A DNA stretch of 64,000 nucleotides from an uncultured beta proteobacterium (GTDB lineage: Bacteria; Pseudomonadota; Gammaproteobacteria; Burkholderiales; SG8-39), in the NCBI GenBank assembly GCA_963719995.1, contig CAVRDW010000005.1, positions 576,100 through 640,099 of the forward strand. The letters run 5' to 3'. Position numbers and translations under genes: made by a program. This document shows, one piece after another, positions 27,327 to 35,377 of the stretch; within the stretch, counting starts at the first letter, position 1, and every line of letters begins with the position of its first letter. Under the pieces are notes generated by a model that ran no database searches, was not told where the DNA came from, and was given only the letters and a program-made list of their open reading frames with translations.

Positions 27327-27779
27327 ATGATCCGCCTGTCCATCAACGGCAAGACCCACAACGTCGACGTCGATCCGAACACGCCCCTGCTCTGGGCGAT
27401 TCGCGAACAGGTCGGACTGACCGGCACGAAGTACGGCTGCGGTGTCGCGCAGTGCGGCGCCTGCACCGTGCACGTGGACGGCGCGCCGGTGCGCGCGTGC
27501 GCGCTGCCGGTCAGCGCCGCCGCAGGCAAGAAGATCACCACCATCGAGGGGCTCGCCGCGGGCGGCAAGCTGCACAAGGTGCAGCAGGCCTGGATCGAGC
27601 ACGAGGTTCCGCAATGCGGCTACTGCCAGTCCGGCATGATCATGGCCGCCGTGGCGCTGCTGAAGAGCAATCCCAAGCCCACCGACGCGGATATCGACGC
27701 CGCGATGACCAACATCTGCCGCTGCGGCACGTTCCAGGAAGTGCGCCAAGCGATTCACGCTGCCGCCGCCAAGGCGTAA
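27327..27779 (+). CDS. iorA: (2Fe-2S)-binding small subunit of an IorAB/aldehyde-oxidase-type molybdenum hydroxylase
   Basis: MIRLSINGK..., with Cys clusters [12 protein letters not shown] and CGYCQSG...CRCGT. A GAGGAGG RBS lies upstream of ATG 27327. Confidence 0.9.
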   Translation: MIRLSINGKTHNVDVDPNTPLLWAIREQVGLTGTKYGCGVAQCGACTVHVDGAPVRACALPVSAAAGKKITTIEGLAAGGKLHKVQQAWIEHEVPQCGYCQSGMIMAAVALLKSNPKPTDADIDAAMTNICRCGTFQEVRQAIHAAAAKA

Positions 27780-27791
27780 GGGGGAACGACC

Positions 27792-29981
27792 ATGTCCGCC
27801 ATTCCGAACATCAGCCGCCGTTCCTTCATCGTCGGTTCCGCCGCCGCCGCGGGTGGCCTCGCCATCGGCCTGCGCCTGCCGCCCTTCGGCCCCGCCGTCG
27901 TGCGTGCGGCCGACGGCGCACCGGAGATCAATGCCTGGGTCGTGATCCGGCCCGACGACACCGTCGTCATCCGCATGGCCCGCTCCGAAATGGGCCAGGG
28001 CACGATCACCGGCCTCGCGCAGCTCGTCGCCGAGGAGCTGGAGTGCAACTGGTCGAAGATCGTCTACGAGTACCCGACCCCGGGCGAGAGCGTGAAGCGC
28101 AAGCGGGTCTGGGGCGACTTCTCCACCGGCGGCAGCCGCGGCATCCGCATGTCGCACGAGTACGTGAGGAAGGGAGGCGCTGCCGCGCGCATGATGCTCG
28201 TGCAGGCGGCCGCCAACCAGTGGAAGGTGCCCGTGTCCGAGTGCACGGCGTCCAACAGCATCATCACGCACGGGCCTTCCAAACGCCGCATCTCCTACGG
28301 CAAGGTGGCGGAGGCCGCCGCGAAGCTCGAAGCGCCGAAGGACGTGAAACTGAAGGACCCGAAGGAGTGGAAGGTCATCGGCAAGCCGGTCAAGCGCCTG
28401 GACACCACCAACAAGGTGAACGGCAAGCAGGTCTACGGCTTCGACTTCAAGCTCCCGGGCATGCTCAACGCCGCGATCACGGAATGCCCAGTGTTTGGCG
28501 GCAAGGTGAAGAGCTTCGACGCCGCGCGCGTGGCGAACCTCAAGGGCGTGAAAAAGGTGCTGCAGGTCGGGGATTCGGCGGTCGCGGTGGTCGCCGATCA
28601 TTGGTGGAACGCGAAGAGGGCGCTCGACCAGCTGCCGGTGGTGTGGGACGAGGGCCCCAACGCCAAGGTCTCCAGCGCCACCATCGCCGAGCAGCTGAAG
28701 GCGGGGCTCGACGCCGAGCAGGCGTTCGTCGGCCAGACGGAGGGTGACGCGAAGGCGGCGCTCGCCGCCGCGGCGAAGAAGATCGAGGCGGTCTACTCAT
28801 ATCCCTTCCAGAACCACGCCTGCATGGAGCCGATGAACGCGACGGCGCGCTACACGCCCGACAAGTGCGAGGTGTGGGTGCCGACGCAGGACGGCGAACG
28901 ATCATTCGCGGCCGTGCTGTCGGCCTCGGGGCTGCCGGCGGACAAGTGCGAGGTCTACAAGATCAACCTCGGCGGCGGCTTCGGCCGGCGCGGCGCCTTC
29001 CAGGACTACGTGACGCAGGCAGTGCGCATCGCGAAGGAGATGCCGGGCACACCGGTGAAGCTGCTCTGGTCGCGCGAGGAAGACATGGTGCAGGGCCGCT
29101 ACCACCCGGTGATGCAGTGCAAGCTGGTCGGCGGCTTCGACAGCGGCAACAACCTCACCGGCCTGCACATGCGCCTCTCGGGCCAGTCGATCCTTTCCGT
29201 GGTCTTCCCGGCGGTCGTAGAGCAGCAGAAGGGGCGCGACCCGCTCGTCTTCCAGGGCGTGTTCGAGTCCGGCGAGCACGCAATCAGCTACAACTTCCCG
29301 AACACGCTGATCGACCATGCCATGCGCAACACGCACGTGCCGCCGGGCTTCTGGCGCGGCGTCAACATCAACCAGAACGCCATCTTCATCGAGTGCTTCA
29401 TGGACGAGCTGGCGGAAGCCGCCGGCCAGGATCCGGTCGAGTTCCGCCGCAAGTTCATGGGCAGGCACCCGCGCAACCTCGCCGTGCTGAACGCGGTGGC
29501 CGAGCGCATCGGCTGGACCAAGCCCGCGCCGGCCGGCATGTTCCGCGGCGTCGCGCAGATGAAAGCCTTCAACAGCTTCGTCGCGGCAGCCTGCGAGATC
29601 TCGGTCAAGGACGGCAACAAAGTGAAGGTGCACCGCATCGTTGCCGCCACCGACTGCGGCTACGCCGTCAACCCGGCGCAGATCGAGCGCCAGGTGTCGG
29701 GCTCCTTCGTCTACGGCCTGTCGGCCCTCTTCATGCAGGAGTGCACGGTGAAGGACGGCGCCATCGAGCAGAAGAACTTCGACACCTACCAGTCGATGCG
29801 CATCGCGCAGATGCCGAAGGTGGAGACGATCATCCTGCAGGGCGGCGGCGACACCTGGGGCGGCATCGGCGAGCCGACCATCTGCGTCGCGGCGCCGGCG
29901 GTGCTGAACGCCTTCTACCGGGCCACGGGCAAGCGCATCCGCAGCGCGCCGCTGAAGAACCACGGCATCGAGCTGGTGTGA
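27792..29981 (+). CDS. iorB: molybdopterin-binding large subunit (isoquinoline 1-oxidoreductase beta / aldehyde dehydrogenase type), Tat-exported
   Basis: Twin-arginine signal SRRSFIVGSAAAAGGLAIG. 729 aa with EMGQGT, the IorB-typical layout and a C-terminal GIGEP motif. Confidence 0.85.
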   Translation: MSAIPNISRRSFIVGSAAAAGGLAIGLRLPPFGPAVVRAADGAPEINAWVVIRPDDTVVIRMARSEMGQGTITGLAQLVAEELECNWSKIVYEYPTPGESVKRKRVWGDFSTGGSRGIRMSHEYVRKGGAAARMMLVQAAANQWKVPVSECTASNSIITHGPSKRRISYGKVAEAAAKLEAPKDVKLKDPKEWKVIGKPVKRLDTTNKVNGKQVYGFDFKLPGMLNAAITECPVFGGKVKSFDAARVANLKGVKKVLQVGDSAVAVVADHWWNAKRALDQLPVVWDEGPNAKVSSATIAEQLKAGLDAEQAFVGQTEGDAKAALAAAAKKIEAVYSYPFQNHACMEPMNATARYTPDKCEVWVPTQDGERSFAAVLSASGLPADKCEVYKINLGGGFGRRGAFQDYVTQAVRIAKEMPGTPVKLLWSREEDMVQGRYHPVMQCKLVGGFDSGNNLTGLHMRLSGQSILSVVFPAVVEQQKGRDPLVFQGVFESGEHAISYNFPNTLIDHAMRNTHVPPGFWRGVNINQNAIFIECFMDELAEAAGQDPVEFRRKFMGRHPRNLAVLNAVAERIGWTKPAPAGMFRGVAQMKAFNSFVAAACEISVKDGNKVKVHRIVAATDCGYAVNPAQIERQVSGSFVYGLSALFMQECTVKDGAIEQKNFDTYQSMRIAQMPKVETIILQGGGDTWGGIGEPTICVAAPAVLNAFYRATGKRIRSAPLKNHGIELV

Positions 29982-30382
29982 GGGGATTGGCGCTCGCCCT
30001 GGTCACGGCTGCCGCGACCAGCGCTTTCGCCAGCGACGAAATGCCCGCTTCGCTGACCGGCGCCAAGGGCGATCCGGTCCGCGGACGGGCGATCGTCGCC
30101 AGCCGCCAGGCGGGGCTTTGCCTGCTTTGCCACAGCGGCCCGTTTCCCGAGGAGCGCTTCCAGGGCGAGCTCGCCCCCGACCTGAGGAGCGCAGCGCGCT
30201 TCACCGAGGGCCAGATCCGCATGCGCATCGTGGATCCGCGCAAGGCCAATCCCGAGAGCATCATGCCGGCGTATTTCCGGACCGAGGGACTGACTCGCGT
30301 CGCGCCCGCGTATCGCGGCAAGACGATTTTCAGCGCCGAGCAAGTGGAGGATGTGGTGGCCTACCTGATGACGCTGCGATGA
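29978..30382 (+). CDS. soxX: SoxX-like monohaem c-type cytochrome
   Basis: The GTG start overlaps the iorB stop (GTGTGA). The signal peptide is VRGLALALVTAAATSAFA. The rest is GDPVRGRAIVASRQAGLCLLCHSGPFPEERFQGELAPDL...IMPAYFR...VEDVVAYLMTLR (CxxCH). Confidence 0.75.
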   Translation: MRGLALALVTAAATSAFASDEMPASLTGAKGDPVRGRAIVASRQAGLCLLCHSGPFPEERFQGELAPDLRSAARFTEGQIRMRIVDPRKANPESIMPAYFRTEGLTRVAPAYRGKTIFSAEQVEDVVAYLMTLR

Positions 30383-30849
30383 CCACGCGTCGACAGTTCC
30401 TGGTGCTCGCCGGGGGCGCGCTCGCCGGCGGCGCGGCGCAGGCGCAGCTGCCGCCCAACATCGAGGCGCTGCGCAAGGCGGCGCTCGCGGAAGCCGTGCG
30501 CAAAGTGACGGGCGGCGCCCAGGTGCGCGCCGGCAGGGTGAAGCTCGACGTGCCGCCGCTCATCGACAACGGCAACACGGTGCCGGTCTCGGTCGAGGTC
30601 GAGAGCCCGATGACCGCGATCGACCACGTCAAGGCGATCCACGTCTTCACCGAGAAGAACCCGCAGCCCTATGTCATCAGCGCGCATCTCGGGCCGCGCG
30701 CCGGCCGCGCGCGGATCACCACGCGCGCGCGCATCGCCGACACGGGGACGGTGCTGGCGATCGCGCAAATGAGCGACGGCTCGTTCTGGTCCGACAGCGT
30801 CAACGTGGTGGTGACGCTCTCTGCCTGCCTGGAAGACGGGTTGATCTAG
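30379..30849 (+). CDS. soxY: SoxY-like sulfur/thiol carrier protein with a non-canonical C-terminal arm (…TLSACLEDGLI instead of …GGCGG)
   Basis: ATGA overlap with soxX. The Tat signal is MTTRRQFLVLAGGALAGGAAQA. The SoxY core is VKLDVPPLIDNGNTVPVSVEV...AIHVFTEKNPQP. A single Cys lies 7 residues from the end. Confidence 0.75.
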   Translation: MTTRRQFLVLAGGALAGGAAQAQLPPNIEALRKAALAEAVRKVTGGAQVRAGRVKLDVPPLIDNGNTVPVSVEVESPMTAIDHVKAIHVFTEKNPQPYVISAHLGPRAGRARITTRARIADTGTVLAIAQMSDGSFWSDSVNVVVTLSACLEDGLI

Positions 30850-31170
30850 ATGACCCGCGTCGTCGTCAACCTGCCGCAGCGCGCGCGGCGCGGCGAGATC
30901 ATCGAGATCCGCACGCTTGCCGGGCACAGCATGGAGACCGGCTTTCGCCGCACGCAGCTCGGCGAGCTGATCCCGCGCAACATCATCACGCGCTTCACCT
31001 GCAGCTACAACGGCGTGGAGGTCTTCAGCGCCGACCTGCACCCGGCGGTTGCGGCCAATCCGCTGATCGCCTTTAGCACCGTCGCCACTGAGAGCGGCAC
31101 GCTGGAGTTCCGCTGGAGCGGCGACAACGGCTTCAGCGCCACGCACACCGCTTCGATCACCGTAGAGTGA
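30850..31170 (+). CDS. soxZ: SoxZ-like carrier complex partner
   Basis: The ATG directly abuts the soxY TAG. It has RARRGEIIEIRTLAGHSMETG...ITRFTCSYNGVEVFSADL; 106 aa. Confidence 0.8.
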   Translation: MTRVVVNLPQRARRGEIIEIRTLAGHSMETGFRRTQLGELIPRNIITRFTCSYNGVEVFSADLHPAVAANPLIAFSTVATESGTLEFRWSGDNGFSATHTASITVE

Positions 31171-31940
31171 GCGTCCGCGTCCATTGGCTGCTCCTCGTCT
31201 GCGCGCTCGCCTCGGCCGCCCGGGCAGAGATCCCGCTCGCCGAGCGGCGTTCGGGCTACACGGACATGAGCCCCCAGACACGCGCCATGCAGGACGACGA
31301 CGCCACCAACCCGGCGACGCTCTGGGTTCTGGACGGCGAAGCGCTATGGGCGAAGAAGGCCGGTGCCGCGGCGCTTGCCTGCGCCGACTGCCACCGCGAC
31401 GCGCGCGAGAGCATGAAGGGCGCGGCGGCGCGCCATCCTGCCTACGACGCGGTGACGGGGACGCTCGTCAATCTCGAGGGGCGCATCAACCGCTGCCGTG
31501 CCGAGCGCCAGAAGGCAACGCCGCTCGCCTACGAGAGCCGCGAGCTGCTTGCGCTCACCGCGTTCGTCGCGCGGCAGTCGCGCGGGCTGCCGATCGCAGT
31601 CGAGTCGAGCGCGCGCACGCAGGCGTTTCTCGAGGCGGGCCGCGCCGCGTTCCGGCGCCGCCAGGGCCAGCTCGATCTCGCCTGCGTGCACTGCCACGAC
31701 GAGCGCGCGGGCAAGCGGCTCGCCGGCACGCTGATTCCGCAGGGCCATCCCACCGCCTACCCCGTCTATCGCCTCGAGTGGCAGGCCGTGGGGTCGCTGC
31801 ACCGTCGCCTGCGCAATTGCCTGGTGGGCATCCGCGCCGAACCCTATGCGCTCGGCGCGCGCGAGTACGTCGAGCTCGAGATGTACCTGATGTGGCGCGC
31901 GCGCGGCATGCCGCTCGAGGCGCCTGGCGTGCGGCCCTGA
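31167..31940 (+). CDS. soxA: SoxA-like dihaem c-type cytochrome
   Basis: GTGA overlap with soxZ and a signal peptide. Two CxxCH motifs (CADCH, CVHCH) plus a distal RLRNC Cys candidate for the haem ligand. Confidence 0.8.
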   Translation: MSVRVHWLLLVCALASAARAEIPLAERRSGYTDMSPQTRAMQDDDATNPATLWVLDGEALWAKKAGAAALACADCHRDARESMKGAAARHPAYDAVTGTLVNLEGRINRCRAERQKATPLAYESRELLALTAFVARQSRGLPIAVESSARTQAFLEAGRAAFRRRQGQLDLACVHCHDERAGKRLAGTLIPQGHPTAYPVYRLEWQAVGSLHRRLRNCLVGIRAEPYALGAREYVELEMYLMWRARGMPLEAPGVRP

Positions 31941-32021
31941 TCCGGCGGCGCGGTTCCCGCAGCGCACAGTACAGCTAACTACCCGGTTACAATTTCCCCA
32001 CCAATCCAGGGAGGCAAATCC

Positions 32022-32973
32022 ATGAAGAGGATTCTCGCAGCACTGCTGTTGACCGCGGCCGCGGCCGCGCAGGCCCAGTACCCGCAGCGTCCCGTGCAGG
32101 TGATCGTGCCCTGGGGCGCGGGCGGCGGTACGGACGCCACGGCGCGCATCATCGCCACGCTGCTGGAGAAGGAACTCAAGCAGCCGTTCAACGTCGTCAA
32201 CCGCACCGGCGGCTCCGGCGTGGTCGGCCACGACGCCATCGCCAAGGCGGCGCCCGACGGCTACACCATCGGCATGATCACGGTGGAGATCACGATGATG
32301 CATCACGTGGGCCTCACGCCGCTCAAGCACACCGACTACACGCCGATCGGCCTGGTGAACGCCGATCCCGCGGGCGTGCACGTGCGCGTGGACTCGCCCT
32401 ACAAGTCGGTGAAGGACCTGCTCGCCGCGATCAAGGCGAACCCCGGCAAGATGAAGGCCTCGGGCACCGGCCAGGGCGGCATCTGGCACCTCGCCATCGC
32501 CGGCCTCCTGAAAGACCAGGGCATCGATCCGAACGCGCTGCCCTGGGTGCCTTCCAACGGCGCCGCACCGGGACTGCAGGACATGGTGGCGGGCGGCGTG
32601 GAAGTGGTGCCCTGCTCGGTGCCCGAAGCGCGCTCGATGATCGACGCGGGCAAGGTGCGCGCGCTTGCCATCATGGACGCCAACCCGCCGGCGCTCTACC
32701 CGAACGTGCCGACGCTGAAGAAGGAACTGGGCACCGACTGGGCGATCGCCGCCTGGCGCGTGATCGCGGCGCCCAAGGGCATTCCGGCTGAAGCGCAGCG
32801 CACGCTCACCGCGGCCCTGAAGAAGGTGTACGACTCCAAGGAGTACAAGGATTTCATGGCGAGCCGCGGCTTCGGCGTGATCTGGGCCGACCCGGAGGGC
32901 ACGGCGAAGTTCATGGCGGCATCGGACGCCGAACCTCGGCGCCGCGCTGAAAGCCGTAGGCCTCGCGAAGTAA
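32022..32973 (+). pseudogene. tctC: TctC substrate-binding protein of the tctCBA operon, 3' end frame-shifted by one extra base at ~32934 (pseudogene or assembly indel)
   Basis: A clean TctC sequence runs up to ...AKFMAASDAE. The family-typical ending LGAALKAVGLAK-stop (TAA 32971..32973) is in the +1 frame. The annotated ORF instead runs on through tctB as Arg-rich nonsense. The span is 952 nt (3n+1). Confidence 0.8.
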
Positions 32974-32982
32974 TCCCGCGGG

Positions 32983-33444
32983 GTGAAGGTCCACGACGCG
33001 CTGACCGGCGCGGGCCTCGCCGCGCTCGGCGGCGTGGTCCTCTGGCACATCCAGGGGTTTCCGGCCATGCCGGGCCAGAAGTTCGGCCCGGCGTGGTTTC
33101 CTGGTGCGATTGCGATCGGGCTACTCGTGTGCGGCGTGATGCTGATGCTGCGCGCCGGGCGCGGCCCCTGGCTCGCGCGGCCGGAGTGGACCCGGCGCGC
33201 ACGGCCGCTCGCCGGCGTCGCCTCGGTGGTCGGCGGCCTGTTGTTCTACGTGCTCGCCGCCGACCGGCTCGGCTTCCACCTGACCGGCTTCCTGCTGCTC
33301 CTGCTGTGGACGCGCGTGCTGGGAGCCGGTTGGCGCATGGCAATCGCGGTGTCGGTGATTGCGACGCTGGCCATCCACCTGTCTTTCTACAAGCTGCTGC
33401 GCATTCCCCTGCCCTGGGGCGTGCTCGAGCGCTTCGCGTTCTGA
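32983..33444 (+). CDS. tctB: tripartite tricarboxylate transporter small membrane subunit TctB
   Basis: 153 aa, four hydrophobic helices, located between tctC and tctA, GTG start. Confidence 0.8.
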   Translation: MKVHDALTGAGLAALGGVVLWHIQGFPAMPGQKFGPAWFPGAIAIGLLVCGVMLMLRAGRGPWLARPEWTRRARPLAGVASVVGGLLFYVLAADRLGFHLTGFLLLLLWTRVLGAGWRMAIAVSVIATLAIHLSFYKLLRIPLPWGVLERFAF

Positions 33445-33445
33445 G

Positions 33446-34936
33446 ATGACCACTGCGATCTTCGCCCAGGCGCTGGCGCAGGTGTTCGATCCCTACGTGC
33501 TGTGGGTGATCCTCGGCTCGGCAGTCTTTGGCCTGTTCGTCGGAGCGGTGCCGGGACTCACCGCGACCATGGCCACGGCGCTGCTGGTGCCGGTCACCTT
33601 CTTCATGCCGCCGGTGCCGGCGATCGCCTCGATCGTCACCGCCACCGCGATGGCGATCTTCGCTGGCGACATTCCCAGCTGCTTCCTGCGCATGCCCGGC
33701 ACGCCGGCCTCCGCCGCCTACACCGACGAGGCCTACGCCATGACCAAGAAGGGCCAGGGCGAGCTGGCGCTGGGCGCCGGGCTGGTGTTCTCGGTGATCG
33801 GCGGCCTCTTTGGCACCGCGGTGCTGATCCTCGCCGCGCCGGCGCTGGCGGAAGTGGCGCTCAAGTTCTCTTCCTTCGAATACTTCTGGCTGGTGGTGCT
33901 GGGCCTCGCCAGCGCGGTGTTCCTCGCGCTCGCCAACCCGCTGAAAGGCGTCGTGTCGCTGCTGCTGGGTCTGCTGGTCGCGTCAGTCGGCCTGGACAAC
34001 CCGGCGGGCTTCCCGCGCTTCACCTTCGGCAACGCGGAGCTCGCCGGCGGCTTGACCCTCATTCCGATCATGATCGGCATGTTCGCGGTGTCGGAGATCC
34101 TGCGCAACGTCGCGGCCATCGACAAGCCCTGGGAGATGGCGCAGGCGAAGATCGGCAACGTGTTCCAGGGCATGTGGGGGTTGATGCGGCGCTACCCGTT
34201 GCAGACGCTGCGCGGCAGCGTGCTCGGCACCGCGATCGGAGCGCTGCCCGGCGCGGGCGCGGACATCGCGGCGTGGATGTCTTACGCCGTATCGAAGAAA
34301 TTCTCCAGGGAGCGAGAGAAGTTCGGCACCGGCCACGTCGAGGGCATCATCGAGGCGGGCGCCTCCAACAACAGCGCGATCGCCGGCGCCTGGATCCCGG
34401 CGCTGGTGTTCGGCATCCCGGGCGACTCGATCACCGCCATCGTCATCGGCGTGCTTTACATCAAGGGCCTGAACCCCGGGCCGACGATTTTCATGACCAA
34501 TGCGGTGGCGATCTACGCCATCTTCATGGTGTTCATCCTCGCCAACCTGATCATGCTGCCGCTCGGCATCGCCGCCATCAAGGGCGCCAAGCAGATGCTG
34601 CGCGCGCCGCGCGAGCTCCTGCTGCCGGTGATCCTCCTTTTCTGCATCGTGGGGTCGTTTGCCATCAACAACTCGGCCTTCGGCGTGCTGCTGATGCTCG
34701 GCTTCGGCGTCATCGCGTACCTGATGGAGGAGAACGGCTTCCCGGTGGCCCCCGCGATCCTCGGCATGGTGCTCGGCGCGATGCTGGAGGAAAACTTCAT
34801 CAGCTCGATGATCAAGGCCGACGGGCGTTTCCTCGCCTTCTTCGAGCGGCCGATCGCCGGGGGGCTCGGGGCGTTGACGATCGCGGTGCTGCTGGTGCCG
34901 CTTCTGCGCTACGCCGCGCAGATGCGCCGCCGCTGA
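33446..34936 (+). CDS. tctA: tripartite tricarboxylate transporter large permease TctA
   Basis: Met 30 of ORF 33359..34936, 1 nt after the tctB stop. 496 aa and polytopic, with GAVPGLTATMATALLVP and GALPGAGADIAAW motifs. Confidence 0.9.
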   Translation: MTTAIFAQALAQVFDPYVLWVILGSAVFGLFVGAVPGLTATMATALLVPVTFFMPPVPAIASIVTATAMAIFAGDIPSCFLRMPGTPASAAYTDEAYAMTKKGQGELALGAGLVFSVIGGLFGTAVLILAAPALAEVALKFSSFEYFWLVVLGLASAVFLALANPLKGVVSLLLGLLVASVGLDNPAGFPRFTFGNAELAGGLTLIPIMIGMFAVSEILRNVAAIDKPWEMAQAKIGNVFQGMWGLMRRYPLQTLRGSVLGTAIGALPGAGADIAAWMSYAVSKKFSREREKFGTGHVEGIIEAGASNNSAIAGAWIPALVFGIPGDSITAIVIGVLYIKGLNPGPTIFMTNAVAIYAIFMVFILANLIMLPLGIAAIKGAKQMLRAPRELLLPVILLFCIVGSFAINNSAFGVLLMLGFGVIAYLMEENGFPVAPAILGMVLGAMLEENFISSMIKADGRFLAFFERPIAGGLGALTIAVLLVPLLRYAAQMRRR

Positions 34937-34937
34937 C

Positions 34938-35297
34938 CTAGGGCGCCTCTGATTTATTCCCGCGTGCGCGACGGTGGTGATTTTCGTGCAGGGCGAGACA
35001 GCAGACGCCGCCGTGTACTTGACGTCCACAAGGCGGCTGATGGCGATGCCATGCGCGAAAATCACCCGCGTCCCTCCAGGCGGCGAGGCCGCGATGTGGG
35101 GTTCAACGCAAAGGCCTCGCCGCCTTCGGGTTGCGGCCGGAAGCCCGCGTTGGATCGCTTACGATAGCGCGATGACACGGGCGCCGGCGTTGTTGCTCGG
35201 CCTTACGATATCGACATATCGCTGCGGCCGCGCGCCTAGCCGGCGCCGCGTTCCCGCCGCAACGCGCCACCGCGCGAATAGATCAGAGGCTCCCTAG
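34938..35297 (+). mobile_element. 360-bp MITE-like non-autonomous element, copy A (~27-nt imperfect terminal inverted repeats, CTAG at both ends)
   Basis: The left end CTAGGGCGCCTCTGATTTATTCCCGCG matches the reverse complement of the right end, CTAGGGAGCCTCTGATCTATTCGCGCG. The copy aligns along its full length with the inverted copy at 51123..51482. The core is highly self-complementary and has no transposase ORF. Confidence 0.8.
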
Positions 35298-35377
35298 AAT
35301 CCCGCGCACGACCCAAGGAGGACGCCATGTCGCGCGGCCAACACGCGCGCCGCGCCCGCGGCGCCCGGGGCCGCCGC

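Noticed and set aside
29978-30382. The cytochrome c gene directly after iorB could be the third (cytochrome) subunit of a membrane-bound three-subunit aldehyde dehydrogenase.
   Set aside because: It is a small monohaem protein with the SoxX-like GLCLLCHSGPFP...IMPAYFR pattern, whereas those cytochrome subunits are large trihaem proteins. It is also overlapped by SoxY/Z/A-like genes.
35085-35125. A GGGGTTCAACGC segment inside the MITE core that resembles a tRNA T-loop.
   Set aside because: No acceptor, D or anticodon arms can be drawn around it. It is the loop of the 12-bp GGCGGCGAGGCC/GGCCTCGCCGCC stem, and the matching loop in copy B differs at several bases.
34974-35297. 107-aa ORFs inside both 360-bp repeats (34974..35297 and 51123..51446) that are similar to each other and could be read as a conserved small protein.
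   Set aside because: The similarity simply reflects DNA identity between the repeat copies. The composition is Arg/Ala-rich, overlapping ORFs exist in other frames and on the other strand, there is no RBS, and the DNA is dominated by stem-forming complementarity. A non-coding structured repeat is the better reading.
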